A stretch of 64,000 nucleotides of DNA from Macrostomum lignano (taxonomy: Eukaryota), in the NCBI GenBank assembly GCA_002269645.1, contig NIVC01001186.1, forward strand, positions 1 to 64,000, in the 5' to 3' direction. Of the stretch, positions 45,947 to 58,112 are shown in pieces (the first letter of the stretch is position 1; each line of letters opens with the position of its first letter). The notes under the pieces were generated by a model. It saw nothing but the letters and a program-made list of their open reading frames with translations. It was not told where the DNA came from and made no database searches. A program made the translations under genes and the position numbers.

Positions 45947-46696
45947 TCAAGGCCCACTACCAAGGAGACGCGTTAAAAAGAATCGAAGACTACCACCACG
46001 AGTCAGTTTGAAATACAAATAAAACAACACCCAAATACCACAATGACCAGTCCGAGGATCCTGAATAGCAAATCGAATGTAGGACCAATTTCGAAAATCC
46101 CCACATTCTCGCCCCAACCACCGTCTACCATTTTCCGGTGGACTTAAACCAAGCGAATCAAAACATTCCCCGACTCTTCGACCACGGCGCCCCCGAACCC
46201 GCCTGCTACTCACCCAAACCGCAACCCAATGCCTACCAGGAAGATTCGAAGTGTCTGTATTCGCCACAAAGAAATAGTCTTTACCATCTAAAGGTAATTG
46301 TCCAAGAATTTGAAGATCTCGGCGGCGCACCCGCGGCATGCATTCGCACTGAAAGCAAATAGCGCTCTCATCCACCCGGAATTTGGCCACACTCACAATG
46401 GACTCCAAGCGGCGGCAGTCCACGGACACGGCCCTGGCCACGGTTTCAAGTAGCTGCGGCATTTGAACCCCGGCCCGCTGTCCCATCCAGGCGCATGCGC
46501 TGGATCTGCGCGCGAAGCGCAGCAACTGAGGGGTTTTGACACCACTCATCCCGTATGTAGCGCGCCAACGTGCTGAAAATTGCCCGGCGGGACGAGCAGG
46601 GCGCTTCTTCACTCTGGGCCGCCCCACGAGGCTCGTTCGATTCTGCCATGGTAAAAATGTAGGTCTAATCTCACTATCTTCGGGCAACTCTGACAC
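45947..46696 (-). CDS. Adenain-like (adenovirus/Polinton-Maverick PRO-type) cysteine protease; true start uncertain
   Basis: FVANTDTSNLPGRHWVAVWV (His, codon ~46231-46229), ECFDSLG (acidic residue), IQDPRTGHCG (oxyanion Gln and Cys 7 residues apart; Cys codon ~46042-46040), WVLFYL. Intronless. Confidence 0.8.
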   Translation of the reverse strand: MSELPEDSEIRPTFLPWQNRTSLVGRPRVKKRPARPAGQFSARWRATYGMSGVKTPQLLRFARRSSACAWMGQRAGVQMPQLLETVARAVSVDCRRLESIVSVAKFRVDESAICFQCECMPRVRRRDLQILGQLPLDGKDYFFVANTDTSNLPGRHWVAVWVSSRRVRGRRGRRVGECFDSLGLSPPENGRRWLGRECGDFRNWSYIRFAIQDPRTGHCGIWVLFYLYFKLTRGGSLRFFLTRLLGSGP

Positions 46697-46874
46697 TAAG
46701 CCTACAATCTGCTCGATTATACGTCAGTGTGGACTCAATGTGGACCCGCGGGCGTTTTGGGTGGCGGCCCCTCGCCGCCCTCCTGCGCCCCAAGAAACCG
46801 AAGCCTGCAGCAACGACCGGCTGGCCCCGGCTGAGGGCCCGCCCCCCGGTCAGCGCACTGGTGAGCTCTACCGG

Positions 46875-47113
46875 GTCATCTATCTCAAAGTCAACTGGCG
46901 TTGCTTGGGCGGCTTCTGGACTCGACGGAGGGAGGGCGACGGTCAGCGCTACGTGTGTGTGTATGGGCGAGGCAAGACCAATTGTGTGTCCAGCAGGTCA
47001 TCTATCTTTACGTCAATTGGCGCCGCTTGGGCGGCTTCTGGACTCGAGGGAGGGAGGGCGACGGTCAGCGCTGTGTGTGGGCGAGGCAAGACCAATTGTG
47101 TGTCCAGCACAGC
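46875..47113. repeat. 122-bp tandem duplication upstream of the protease
   Basis: Copies start at 46875 and 46997 (GTCATCTATCT...GGGCGAGGCAAGACCAATTGTGTGTCCAGCA). Confidence 0.9.
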
Positions 47114-49742
47114 AGGTGTTGGCAGCTGCTGAAACTTCGCCACACAGCACAACTATTGTTTTAAGGAGCGGGCGTCTCGTTTGGAGGATTGGGGGTTGCC
47201 CAGAATTTCAACTTACTCTGCCACGCGCTCAATTGCGCCATTAACTACCACCTGCCACGCAGATCCCTAAGGAGCAGGCAATTGCAGGTTTCGGACAAAA
47301 TTGCATGGAAATAGGGAGCAGCTTCGGGAGCACCGGAATGCATGATGCGGACAAAACTACGTGCAAAAAGAATTCAGAATTTCTCGATTGATATTTGATA
47401 TGCTGAAAAACTACTAGTAGTATTATACACAGTGTTTAAAATTTTCTGATTCGTCAAAACACACAACAGGTGAGAATTATATACAAATTGCTCACAATAC
47501 TGCTTACACTTTCCCTATGACTTGGAAACAGCTCAAGAAATAAAAACCCAGGAGCCCAGGAGCCTTGCCCTGATCGTACACGTTATTTTTACTAAGCATA
47601 AATTAATTTCCAAAGGGATTAGCTCATAAATATTCGGAGAACTGGTTTTCCTATCTTATCCTTACTAGTCTATCCTGGTAGTCTATACTCAACAAAATTA
47701 CAAAAAATGGAGAGGACTGTGTCTGTTGGAGTGCTCGCGTTTGCTCGATAACTTCTGAGCAACTGGCTGGTTCAAACTTGACCGGGTAAGCTCTGAGCGG
47801 TGTAACAAACTCGGGCATGTTATTATAATTTCATCTGGGATCTTCGAATATGTTTTAACAGAGTGAGACATCTGAGACTTACACCCACCGATCGGAGGTG
47901 AAATTCAGTTTTGAAAAGGCAGAGAAGAGACCGTTGGCACATTCTAACTCCCTCAGTGTGTATTGGATGGAGGGTGCTGCGTGTCAGTCAGCTACAATTG
48001 TTATTACTGAGTTTGTAAAAACCACTGCACACATTGGGTAGGGGTAAAAGCAAGTTAGGCAGTTGTCTAATTTATTTAATGGTCACTAGACAGAGGGGTG
48101 GCAGGGTGCTCAAATTTTGATCATTGAAATTCAAACTTGCTTACCAAGAACTTGCTAACTAACAGAGCTGATATTATCGTTTACCTCACTGATCTTACAT
48201 GTAAATTGACTGTTTATGAGTGCTTCTGATTTAAAGTTCAGGGTGCTTTCTCTTAATTGTTCTAGTTTCACTGATGTCTCTTTCACTTTTTAAATACATT
48301 TCACTGTTGCTACACCTTTCAAGTACAAATTTTATGTAGGGCTTGACATGAACGTCATCAAGGGATGCTAAACTTGAGTGTATCCCGGAAAAAGATACCA
48401 TTTAATCTGGACACTATTACTAAAGCTGGCCCCTCTATTCGGACACTATTACATGTACTTTACTTAATATATGTTAAATGATAAGTACAATGAACAGGTC
48501 GTATTTAAACCATTCATTCTGGGCTTTCTATTTTGCATGTGTTGTAAGAGATTTTATCTTTATTTTACACAAGAGATTTTTTCATTCTTTTAATGTGTTT
48601 ATTTTTAACAAAGCTGTAGACTACAAAAACTATAAATATATTTACAAATGGTTACACAGCGAAGGGCGATAGAGAAAAGCAGAAATATAAATGAAAAACA
48701 AAAAATCGGAAAGAGCAAAAGCAAGCAAAAATCCAAGAACTAAGTAATAAAGAGAGCAAAAGTACATATTGTTTGTAGGTAAGAATTTTTTACAATGTTT
48801 TGCAAACACTGAAGCAAAATTTTAGTATTCAGGGTAAATAAAATTTGGTATTTAAATTTAGTGAGCAAAAAATTTAGCGGACAATTAAAAAGTTTATGGT
48901 GAATTTGAAAAGATTCATTTGAAAGGCACTAAAATGATATGAAATTCTAGACTAGTAACTTCTGAAGCCGGAATCTCTGGTCTCCATTTTTGCGCCTTAT
49001 TTAGCGTTTCGGCAGCGACTTTGTAGTCTCGCTTGCCGCCAGCAACTTTGAGTGCCTTCTCCACGATGCGGTATTTGTTGACCCAACCTCTACTGGGTTT
49101 TTCCCCAAGAAATTGCACGTGGATGCTAGTTGCTGCTTGCTGCGGTCATCGGCGCTGGCCATTGGCATCTTTTTTGGTGCCGCCGTCTTTGCTGTGGCAC
49201 CGGTTCTGGCAGCTGCGGCTCGTGGCTTTTTGCCGGCTTTAGACGTGGCCTGAGAAATAAGGAAGATTGTTTTGCAGAAGTTATAGAATAAAGCCTGGTT
49301 GTAACGGTACAAACGACGGCTAGATATTTAAATTCCGATTTATTGCTAATAGTTAGATTATTAAATATACAAATTTTAAAAGCAATTATACGTACATTAT
49401 GTAACTATTCTACGTAAAACTATTATTCGTACTACGCATATTATTATATCATTATATCCCGAAGAGTCTTAAAAACATTCTAAAACTGAAAAACTTACTC
49501 TTTTATAGCGGCCGAAATGATTTTATCAACGATACGGGCCCCGGCACGCCGATACGCCTCCGTGTGCACCTGGTATAGTGTGCCATGACGACCTCGGTGC
49601 TGTGGTTCAGGCGGTCACCAAGGACTTTCAGGTCGTGTCCTTCCAGTAGACCCTATAATTTTTTAATTGCTTCATTAATTAATCTTAAAAACTGTCTCCT
49701 TTTTTCTTCAAGATAAATAAGTAACCTGATAACGCTAAAACT

Positions 49743-50329
49743 GATTGAATTGCTGAATGAGTGAACAGGTGATCGGGAAGGTGAATGCATTGTGGAATGA
49801 GTGAACAGGTGACTGGGAAAGTGAATGCATTGCTGAATGAGTGAACAGGTGACTGGGAAAGTGAATGCATTGCTGAATGAGTGAACAGGTGATCGGGAAA
49901 GTGAATGCATTGCTGAATGAGTGAACAGGTGATCGGGAAAGTGAATGCATTGCTGAATGAGTGAACAGGTGACTGGGAAAGTGAATGCATTGCTGAATGA
50001 GTGAACAGGTGATCGGGAAAGTGAATGCATTGCTGAATGAGTGAACAGGTGATCGGGAAAGTGAATGCATTGCTGAATGAGTGAACAGGTGACTGGGAAA
50101 GTGAATGCATTGCTGAATGAGTGAACAGGTGATCGGGAAAGTGAATGCATTGCTGAATGAGTGAACAGGTGACTGGGAAAGTGAATGCATTGCTGAATGA
50201 GTGAACAGGTGATCGGGAAAGTGAATGCATTGCTGAATGAGTGAACAGGTGATCGGGAAAGTGAATGCGTTGCTGAATGAGTGAACAGGTGATCGGGAAA
50301 GTGAATGCGTTGCTGAATGAGTGAACAGG
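49743..50329. repeat. 40-bp minisatellite (~15 copies) abutting the truncated 5' end of the Gypsy element
   Basis: Unit GAATGCATTGCTGAATGAGTGAACAGGTGATCGGGAAAGT. Confidence 0.95.
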
Positions 50330-50361
50330 CGACGAAGATAGCTAAATAAATAGGAGGAAAT

Positions 50362-53300
50362 TTGCATATTGAATCGGTATATTGCGTATCAGTAGCGACA
50401 GAAACTGTGCTGATCAGCGGTGTCGCCATTCCGATGCAGGTCGACACCGGAGCTTCAGTTTCAGTGCTCTCTAGCTACCTCTGGGAATCGCTGCAAGGCC
50501 CCAAATTGGACAAGTATCACCGGCGACTCGAAGCATATGATGGACACACCCTAAAGACATTGGGAAAGCTGTTTACCACCGTGGAGATGCGCGGTCGAAT
50601 TCACCCAGTTGAGCTGATGGTGGTTTCATCCTCAAAGAACTTCGGCCTGCTAGGACGCGATCTTCTAGATTGCGACGCCGTATTCCACGCAGCCACCACT
50701 GCCACAGCTGTGCCTGCCAATGAACCACTGCCGACCATCAAGGGCATCAAAGCGAGCATGGAGTTGATTGAAGGCGCCAGCCAGGCCGCAGTTCTGCCGC
50801 GCTCGCCCAGTTCCGCTTGCACTGGAACTGCAAGTCAATGCCGAGCTCGAGAGACTGCAGCAGCTGGGTGTCATCGAGCCCATTCAGGGCCCGGTAAGCA
50901 ACGCCTCGCCTGTTGTTTGGGTTAAAAAGAAAGATGGCTCACTTCGAATGTGTGCCGATTACAAAGTGCTCGTCAGTGGGAAAATAAATTCAGACGCTCT
51001 GCTTATTCGCAAATAGCTCTCGATGAGTCTGCGGAGGAACTATCAGTGATCAACACCTCAAGCGGCCTCTACAAATGGGCATGAAAAACGCCTCCTTCAT
51101 TTTTCAAAGAGCCATGGAAAGCATTCTATCTGACCTCAAAGGCATCCTTATCTACCAAGATGATGTCCTAGTCTTTGCAGGGAATTCTGAAGCACTCGGG
51201 AAGCGGCTGAATGCGGTCAAAACCAGGCTCGCAGAGAAGAAATTGACCATCAACGAAAGCAATTCCATAAACATTTGCGATGAAATTTCCTTTCTTGGAT
51301 TCAAAATCTCCGCATCTGGGATTCAGCCTGATGACCGCTTAGTTGACAAGATCCTTTATATAGCCGCTCCCAGCTCCAAGAAGGAAGTTGAGCAGTTCCT
51401 TGGCCTAGTAATTTTTTTGGCCGTCTGATACCTAATTTCTCCGCTAAAGCCGCTCCGCCGAACAGCCTTCGGAAGGGAAACTCATCCTTCGACTGGTCCG
51501 ATGAGTGCACTCACGCATTTGAGGCGCTCAAGCGAGAAATCTCATCCCGGCCTGTGGTGCAGCCTTACAGCCTCGAGAAAGAGGCCACTCTCACCACTGA
51601 CGCCTCCAAAGGTGCGCTTGCTGCTGTTTTGACCCAGGACGGGCACCCCGTGATTTACATCTCCAGGACTCTCATCCGCAGAAGCTAACTACTCAAACAT
51701 CGAGCGAGAAGCCCTGGCGATTTTCTGGGCAATCCATAGGCTTAAACACTATCTGCAAGGCCGGAAATTCACCATTCGGACTGATCACCAATCTTTGCTT
51801 CGTCTCTTTGGTGGCAGCATCCCATTGAACAGCCGATGGGCGCTGTTTCTAATGCAATTTGACTTCACTCTGGAATACTTACAAGGGACGAAAATTCCTC
51901 ATGCCGACGCGCTTTCCCGACTCCGGTTCGAAAACGCGGATCTTGAGCCTAGCAGTACCTTTTGGGCGGTAAACTGCGTTGTCTTTCAATCCCCAACCAT
52001 CGATCCACAAAGAATAGTATCCGAAATGGAGTCCGACAGACTTCTCGAACGAATAGTTCGCCGCATTCGGTCTGGAGACTGGCAAGACTGCACACAAGCA
52101 GAGGCAGCCTTTAAGAAAGTCGCGGAATGCCTGACCCTAGAGAATGGCCTGATCTACATGCGCCGCCGAGCATTCATTCCACCAAGGCTCAGACGAGAGG
52201 CCTTCGACACAGTGCATGACACTCATACGGGTTCCAACGCAGCGCACAAGCTGCTTGCACAGACCTGTTGGTGGCCCGGTATGCAGAGGCACGTGGAGCA
52301 ATTCGTTTATCAATGCCAGGCATGCACTCATTTGAGACCTCGTTTGCAAAAAACTCGGGACACTTGGCCACCTGCCACCGCTCCGTTTCAAAGAGTTGCA
52401 CATGGACTGGGCTTTTGTACCGGCCGTTGGCAACATCCTCATCGTGGTTGACGCTTACTCGGGCTGGATCGAAGCTTTCCCGACAAAAGACAGATCGGCA
52501 GACAGCGTCATCACCTCATTGCGAACAGTTTTTACTCGTTTTGGTGTTCCGGAGCTGGTTGTCTCAGACAACGCAGCGGAGTTCACCTCGGCTCCACTAT
52601 TGGCCTGGTTGGAAAAGAACGATGCTCGTAAGACGGAGAGCCCTCCATATTCCCCTCAATCTAATGGTGCAGCCGAGCGAGCCGTCCAGACTATCAAGAA
52701 GGCCTTGTGAGCATGGACCCAGCGTCTAACACATGGCAGCTTTATCGCTTTTTTGCAGAAGGCTCTTATACACCATCGTAATTCTTCGAAGTCACGCAAA
52801 CGAACACCTGCCGAGCTCGTTCTAGGTCGACGACTTCGAGTTCCGGTGGTCTCCACCTTCCAGCAGGGTGACCCGGTGCAGTACAAGACCCACGGCGACA
52901 CCACAAGCTCTCGAGCAGAGTTTCCTGATGTCGCAGGGGCGCAACACTTCCTGGCTACTGACGGGCGCTAAACTACAACTGGCCTCAAACAATCAATTCG
53001 GCCCGCTAGTTACTGCCTCTGAAGCTGATGAGGAAGAAGAGGAGGTTCACCAACAGCCACAAGCTGACGCGTCTGAGGCTCCCCCTGAGACCGCCCCGAC
53101 AAGAAGAAGCACAAGGGTAAAGAATCTCCTGAATCGCTTTGTGCCGTAGGCTCGGACTGATCAAGCCATAATCGAGCTATGTCACTGAATTTTTCAAGTC
53201 TACTGGCTAGTTCTCAAAGTTTGATTGTTTGACTGATTGGCGTTTTGTGGGCGCTATCTATCGTCTCCTTTTGCAGATGGGGACATGTGGTAGTAGCTGC

Positions 53301-53487
53301 TGGCTAGTATATCGTTGCACTTTCCCCAATCGTATCCTTGTTAATGTCTATATGGTAGCAATCAGCTAAACATTCTTAAGCCTACGTTCCCAGCCTCTCA
53401 CTTATGTTATGAGTTTCTAAGCTTGAATAAACACTGCTCGAACGCTTACGCCAAAGTGCATCTGTCGGCCTTGTTCGAACTACGACA
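50362..53487 (+). mobile_element. 5'-truncated, frameshifted Ty3/Gypsy LTR retrotransposon (PR-RT-RH-IN plus 3' LTR)
   Basis: PR: QVDTGASVS. RT: SPVVWVKKKDGSLRMCADYK and IYQDDVLVF. RNase H: TDASKGALAAVL..YSNIEREALA. IN: H..HTG..WWPGM..CQAC, HMDWA, VSDNAAEF, SNGAAER. Order is Gypsy-type; many indels. Confidence 0.92.
53286..53487 (+). repeat. 3' LTR (202 bp) of the Gypsy element
   Basis: Purine-rich AGATGGGGACA immediately before TG; termini TGTGGTAG...CTACGACA (7/8 inverted match); AATAAA at ~53426. Confidence 0.75.
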
Positions 53488-54169
53488 TTTTCTGCCCGAA
53501 AATTTCAGAAGAGCGAACCGCAATCCAGGACCACCAGGAAAGCATCGTTACAGTCTAGTCTAGTTCTAGTCTATTAATCCTTGACTGCAATGGCCACTTT
53601 TTAAGTATGAATATGAGTAAGATACTAGTGGGGTATAGGAAAATCATTTTCTTAATATTTAATACCCAAATGATTGAGACAGAGTTGAGATCAATTAAAA
53701 TATTTTAAAGAAAACAAGGATCAAAATTGGTCAGGGAATTCAATCTCTAGAGCGTGTTTCCCAAGCAGACGGACGGGTAGATATAGATTAGAGATTTAGT
53801 ATATGTGGAGGAAGGAAGGATATGAATGTATTCCTCCTGTCCCAGTCGACTACACCCTAACTCTTCATAAATTTTCACTGCACGTTTTTTTCGAATGTCC
53901 TTATTTACTTATTTAAGTAAGAACTTATTTACCCAGGTTTTATACGTAGGTTTTCAAATATGTCATTCTGAAAATTTTCTTCTCTATCGCATGTTGGAGT
54001 GCTTTCATCTACTTAAATCAAGTATAACATGCACTTCAGGCTTTTATTGCTGAATAGAAGCAAAAGTTTTCGCAAATGGATTTTTAGTTCTTTTCAAATA
54101 GTTGCATGGCTTATATTTTTTGGCCTCTTTGATAAGGAAATATTATTTGCCAAAAAATAAAAAAACGCT

Positions 54170-55530
54170 GCATCGTCGGTTGACAGTGATGGAAGGAGCG
54201 CCGCCGGGCTTTGAGCTGCTGGCCAGCATTCTGGCCGTCGACTTTGACGATCCGACTGCAGTGGCAATGCCCGAATCGGTTATGCCATCGTTGAAGGCAA
54301 CGAAGACGGACACAACGAAGATAGACAACAGAGCTGGTGAGGGTCATTCTGCACCACTCCTGCACTAACCTCACTCCTGCACCCACCTCACTCCTGCACC
54401 CACCTAACTCCTGCACCCACCTCACTCCTGCACCCACCTAACTCCTGCACCCACCTCACTCCTGCACCCACCTCACTCCTGCACCCACCTCACTCCTGCA
54501 CCCACCTCACTCCTGCACCCACCTCACTCCTGCACCCACCTCACTCCTGCACCCACCTCACTCCTGCACCCACCTCACTCCTGCACCCACCTCACTCCTG
54601 CACCCACCTCACTCCTGCACCCACCTCACTCCTGCACCCACCTCACTCCTGCACCCACCTCACTCCTGCACCCACCTCACTCCTGCACCCACCTCACTCC
54701 TGCACCCACCTCACTCCTGCACCCACCTCACTCCTGCACCCACCTCACTCCTGCACCCACCTCACTCCTGCACCCACCTCACTCCTGCACCCACCTCACT
54801 CCTCACCGTGACAACTTACGCTCTGTCGCCAGGCCAAATCCTGACAAAGACGCTGCCGATCGATCGCGAAATTCGTCCGGTGCTCACCTTCACCATGCTG
54901 ATCGAGGTGGCCGTCCTGGACGTCAACGATTCACCGCCGAGATTTCTGCAGCCGATTTTCGACATCTACGCCTATGCTGCGCCTTCGGCAAACCTCAGCT
55001 CCGTCACCAGCGAGATGGAAGGTGCGGCCTCTGAAATTTTGCTTTTACCTTCATCGGATGCTATTTATTTTAATAACTCAACTCTTTGATCTCCGCAGAC
55101 CCCTGCGCCCTCAGCTCGCCACAGCTGCCAGACTGGCTGCCGTAGATCCGGACGAGCCACAGAACGCCATCGTCGACTACCGCATCCAGGACCGGCGTTG
55201 AGTTCCTGGGCGCGAATCTGCCCCCGACAATGGCCTCCTGCTGCTCCGGCTGCCAATGACAGCAGCTTCCATGACGATCTGGACGCTTGTCGCCGAGGCT
55301 GTGGACAAGGGAACCGGTGCAAAGGCGACGGCGCAGGTGCGGGTGAATCAGCTGCCCGCACCCGCCCTGCCTGGCTCAGCTCAGTCGGCTGATCGACTCT
55401 TCACCATCATCGGAGCATCGACTTGGACGACGTTGTCAGAGATGGCGGCTCTGGGCTCCACGGTGCCATCGACCATCGTCATCGGCGAAAAATACCGCCA
55501 GCGTCTGTGCGGGGTCGGTCCTCATGGGTG
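54170..55530 (+). pseudogene. Frameshifted cadherin-repeat gene fragment (protocadherin/FAT/dachsous-like EC domains)
   Basis: Across frames: EGAPPGFELLASILAVDFD, GNARIGYAIVEGNEDG, KIDNRAG (donor 54337, acceptor 54832), QILTKTLPIDRE..VAVLDVNDSPPRF, AVDPDEPQNAIVDYRI, LVAEAVDKG..ATAQVRV. Several frame breaks and an apparent internal deletion. Confidence 0.7.
54346..54803. repeat. 17-bp minisatellite filling the cadherin-fragment intron (~27 copies)
   Basis: Unit CTCACTCCTGCACCCAC. Confidence 0.95.
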
Positions 55531-55802
55531 TAAATTGCACGACAGGCACCTAAGTCCTTTCAAGAGACTGGGTACAGTTGTTCAGTCCATGGACTATAAT
55601 TTTTTTTACCTTATCTAATGCCGGTACCTATTTTTACAGCTTGGGGAATTAATAGTCCTGATAAAGAATGAAAAAGTTTCCCTTGGGTTCGTTGCAAAAA
55701 TGTACATTACAATTACGAGTACAATTAAAAGACTCGCTACAAGAAAAATAGGATTCCTTATGTAAAAACCTTTATCCAAAGTCCAAAGCTCTGACAAAAG
55801 AT

Positions 55803-56660
55803 ATCATGATGACTCAGACCCTTGCTCCAACTCTCATCTTGACCCAGATGCTTGACCCAATTCTCATCATGACCCAGGCTTGACCCAATTCTTATGATGA
55901 CTCAGATGCTTGACCCAATTCTCATCATGACCCAGATGCTTGCCAGTTATCATCATGACTCAGATGCTTGACTAAATTCTGATCAAGACCCAGATGCTTG
56001 ATCCAACTCTCATCTTGACCCAGATGCTTTACCCAATTCCCATCATGATCCAGACGCTTGACCCAACTCTCATCATGACCCAGATGCTTGACCCAACTCT
56101 CATCATGACCCAGATGCTTGATCCAACTCTCATCTTGACCCAGATGCTTGACCCAATTCCCATCATGATCCAGATGCTTGACCCAACTCTCATTATGACT
56201 CAGATGCTTGACCCAATTCTCATCATGACCCAGATGCTTGCCAGTTATCATCATGACTCAGATGCTTGACTAAATTCTGATCAAGACCCAGATGCTTGAC
56301 CCAACTTTCATCATCACCCAGATGCTTGACCCAATCTCATCATGACCCAGATGCTTGATCCAACTCTCATCTTGACCCAGATGCTTGACCCAATTCCCAT
56401 CATGATCCAGATGCTTGACCCAACTCTCATTATGACTCAGATGCTTGACCCAATTCTCATCATGACCCAGATGCTTGCCAGTTATCATCATGACTCAGAT
56501 GCTTGACTAAATTCTGATCAAGACCCAGATGCTTGACCCAACTCTCATCATGACCCAGATGCTTGATCCAACTCTCATCATGACCCAGATGCTTGATCCA
56601 ACTCTCATCATGACCCAAATGCTTGAGCCAATTCTTATGATTACTCAGATACATGACCCA
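55803..56660. repeat. ~30-bp minisatellite with higher-order structure
   Basis: Unit CATCATGACCCAGATGCTTGACCCAATTCT; marker GCCAGTTAT at 55942, 56240 and 56477. Confidence 0.9.
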
Positions 56661-56847
56661 CGAGACGAGACTCAGAATTAACAACTGGCAAAAAACAAAT
56701 CACTTTACTCGTACTTCAAGTGTATTGAATTTTTTATATTATTCTTCAACAGGTAATTTATATAACCATGCACCAAACCAATTACCAGCAAACCTAAATT
56801 CTTTAGTTGTATGTTTGTCTGACATAGGACGTTACTCATTCATTCAT

Positions 56848-58112
56848 TCAGTAGCACTTGAACTTCATTACGGTGCGTTTCATTGGAACATATCCGCGTC
56901 CGGGTATATGGACGGTGTTATAAGTAGGATTGTTGGTGATTTTCTTGTCGGTTGTGTAAGCTCCGTTGATGTTGCATCCGTGGCACGCTTTGTACCACCA
57001 TCCGCCGTAGCCAAACTTCTGCGAGCAGGAGCCGCCTCTGTGTGCGTCATGATCTTTGTCGTAGGTGCTGAAGCGACCCCCATTGTGCCAGACGAACGCG
57101 GTGCCAAGAGCTGTCTTACCAACCTGCTGACCGACACGCAATAGGTATCGCTGCTCTGGGCCCAGCACTTCGAACATTCTAAACTCTGCCTTGTACTTTT
57201 TACCGTCGAAGCTCTGGGTTTCGAGCCGCAGTCGGCAGCGAGCGGTGGCTTTGTAGCCGTTCTTTATGCTGGTCTTGGTCATCTCTGACAGCCGATCTAA
57301 GCCTGCAATGGTTTTTGGTTCGTGTATTATGCGTCATACTTTATGACATCCTTGTTGCGGTTTGGCGCATGCATGCGGATTCTAGAGAGAGACTCACCCA
57401 TCCAGTAGTTCGATCTGGGATTTCCAAATCCCTTCACGTAGGCGTCCCAATTCTGGGCGAACGAGAGGCTGCCGTCCACTCGCCTCTGGAAGACGATCCA
57501 GCGGCGCCGGTTGCACCTCAGCCTCGGCAGGCTCGCGCCCCTCACTGCGCCGAACCTCACCGGACTGCTTCCGACTCGGCCGAACGCTTCGAACTGCAGC
57601 GCCTCGGCCACGTCCGACGGGTTGCTGAGGAGCTCCTCTCTGAGGTACTGACACCTGCGGAAAGAGCTGCACAGGAAGACAAGATCAGCTGACCTGCCCG
57701 AGTTTTTCAAAATTGTCATCAACGAGAGACCAGACTGACGGCTCGACAGGCCTTTGTTCGCCTTCACTTTCAGTCCGGTGATGGTCACCTGTCCGACTTT
57801 CTTCGAGCCATCCTTGGCCGATCGCAAGGTGTTGGCATCGATGCTAACGGACAGAGTCAAGCGGTACTTCATGTACACTCGGCTGTACTTCAGCGCGTTG
57901 CAAGAAGCCCGGAAGGCAACCCTGGGCTCGGCTACTTGGACTCCGTCGATTTCAAAGACGTTCAAAGACGATCCTCGGAATTTTGTTGTGCCAACACGAG
58001 CGAAGCTGTTCACGTCCGTGTACAGCTGCTGCTGCTGATAGCCGCTTCCTAGCGCCGGAGAGGCCCAGCAGGCAACGCCCAACAGAACAGCGATGAGAGT
58101 CCAGCACTGCAT
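56848..58112 (-). CDS. Secreted fibrinogen-related domain (FReD/FBG) protein, 2 exons, 389 aa
   Basis: Exons 58112-57398 and 57302-56848 (phase 1, GTGAGT..CAG; 1170 nt). Signal peptide MQCWTLIAVLLGVACWASPALG. FBG motifs WIVFQRRVDGSLSF..NWDAYVKGFG..NYWMGLD, FSTYDKDHD, C..GGWWYKAC..CNING. Confidence 0.9.

Noticed and set aside
46960-47100. GRGKT as a Walker A of a Polinton packaging ATPase
   Set aside because: On the strand opposite the protease, inside a 122-bp duplication, with no Walker B or preceding hydrophobic strand pattern.
53490-53860. RTE-like (TCTAG)n tail and DINE/Helentron-like motifs after the LTR
   Set aside because: Fragments too short to assign by eye.
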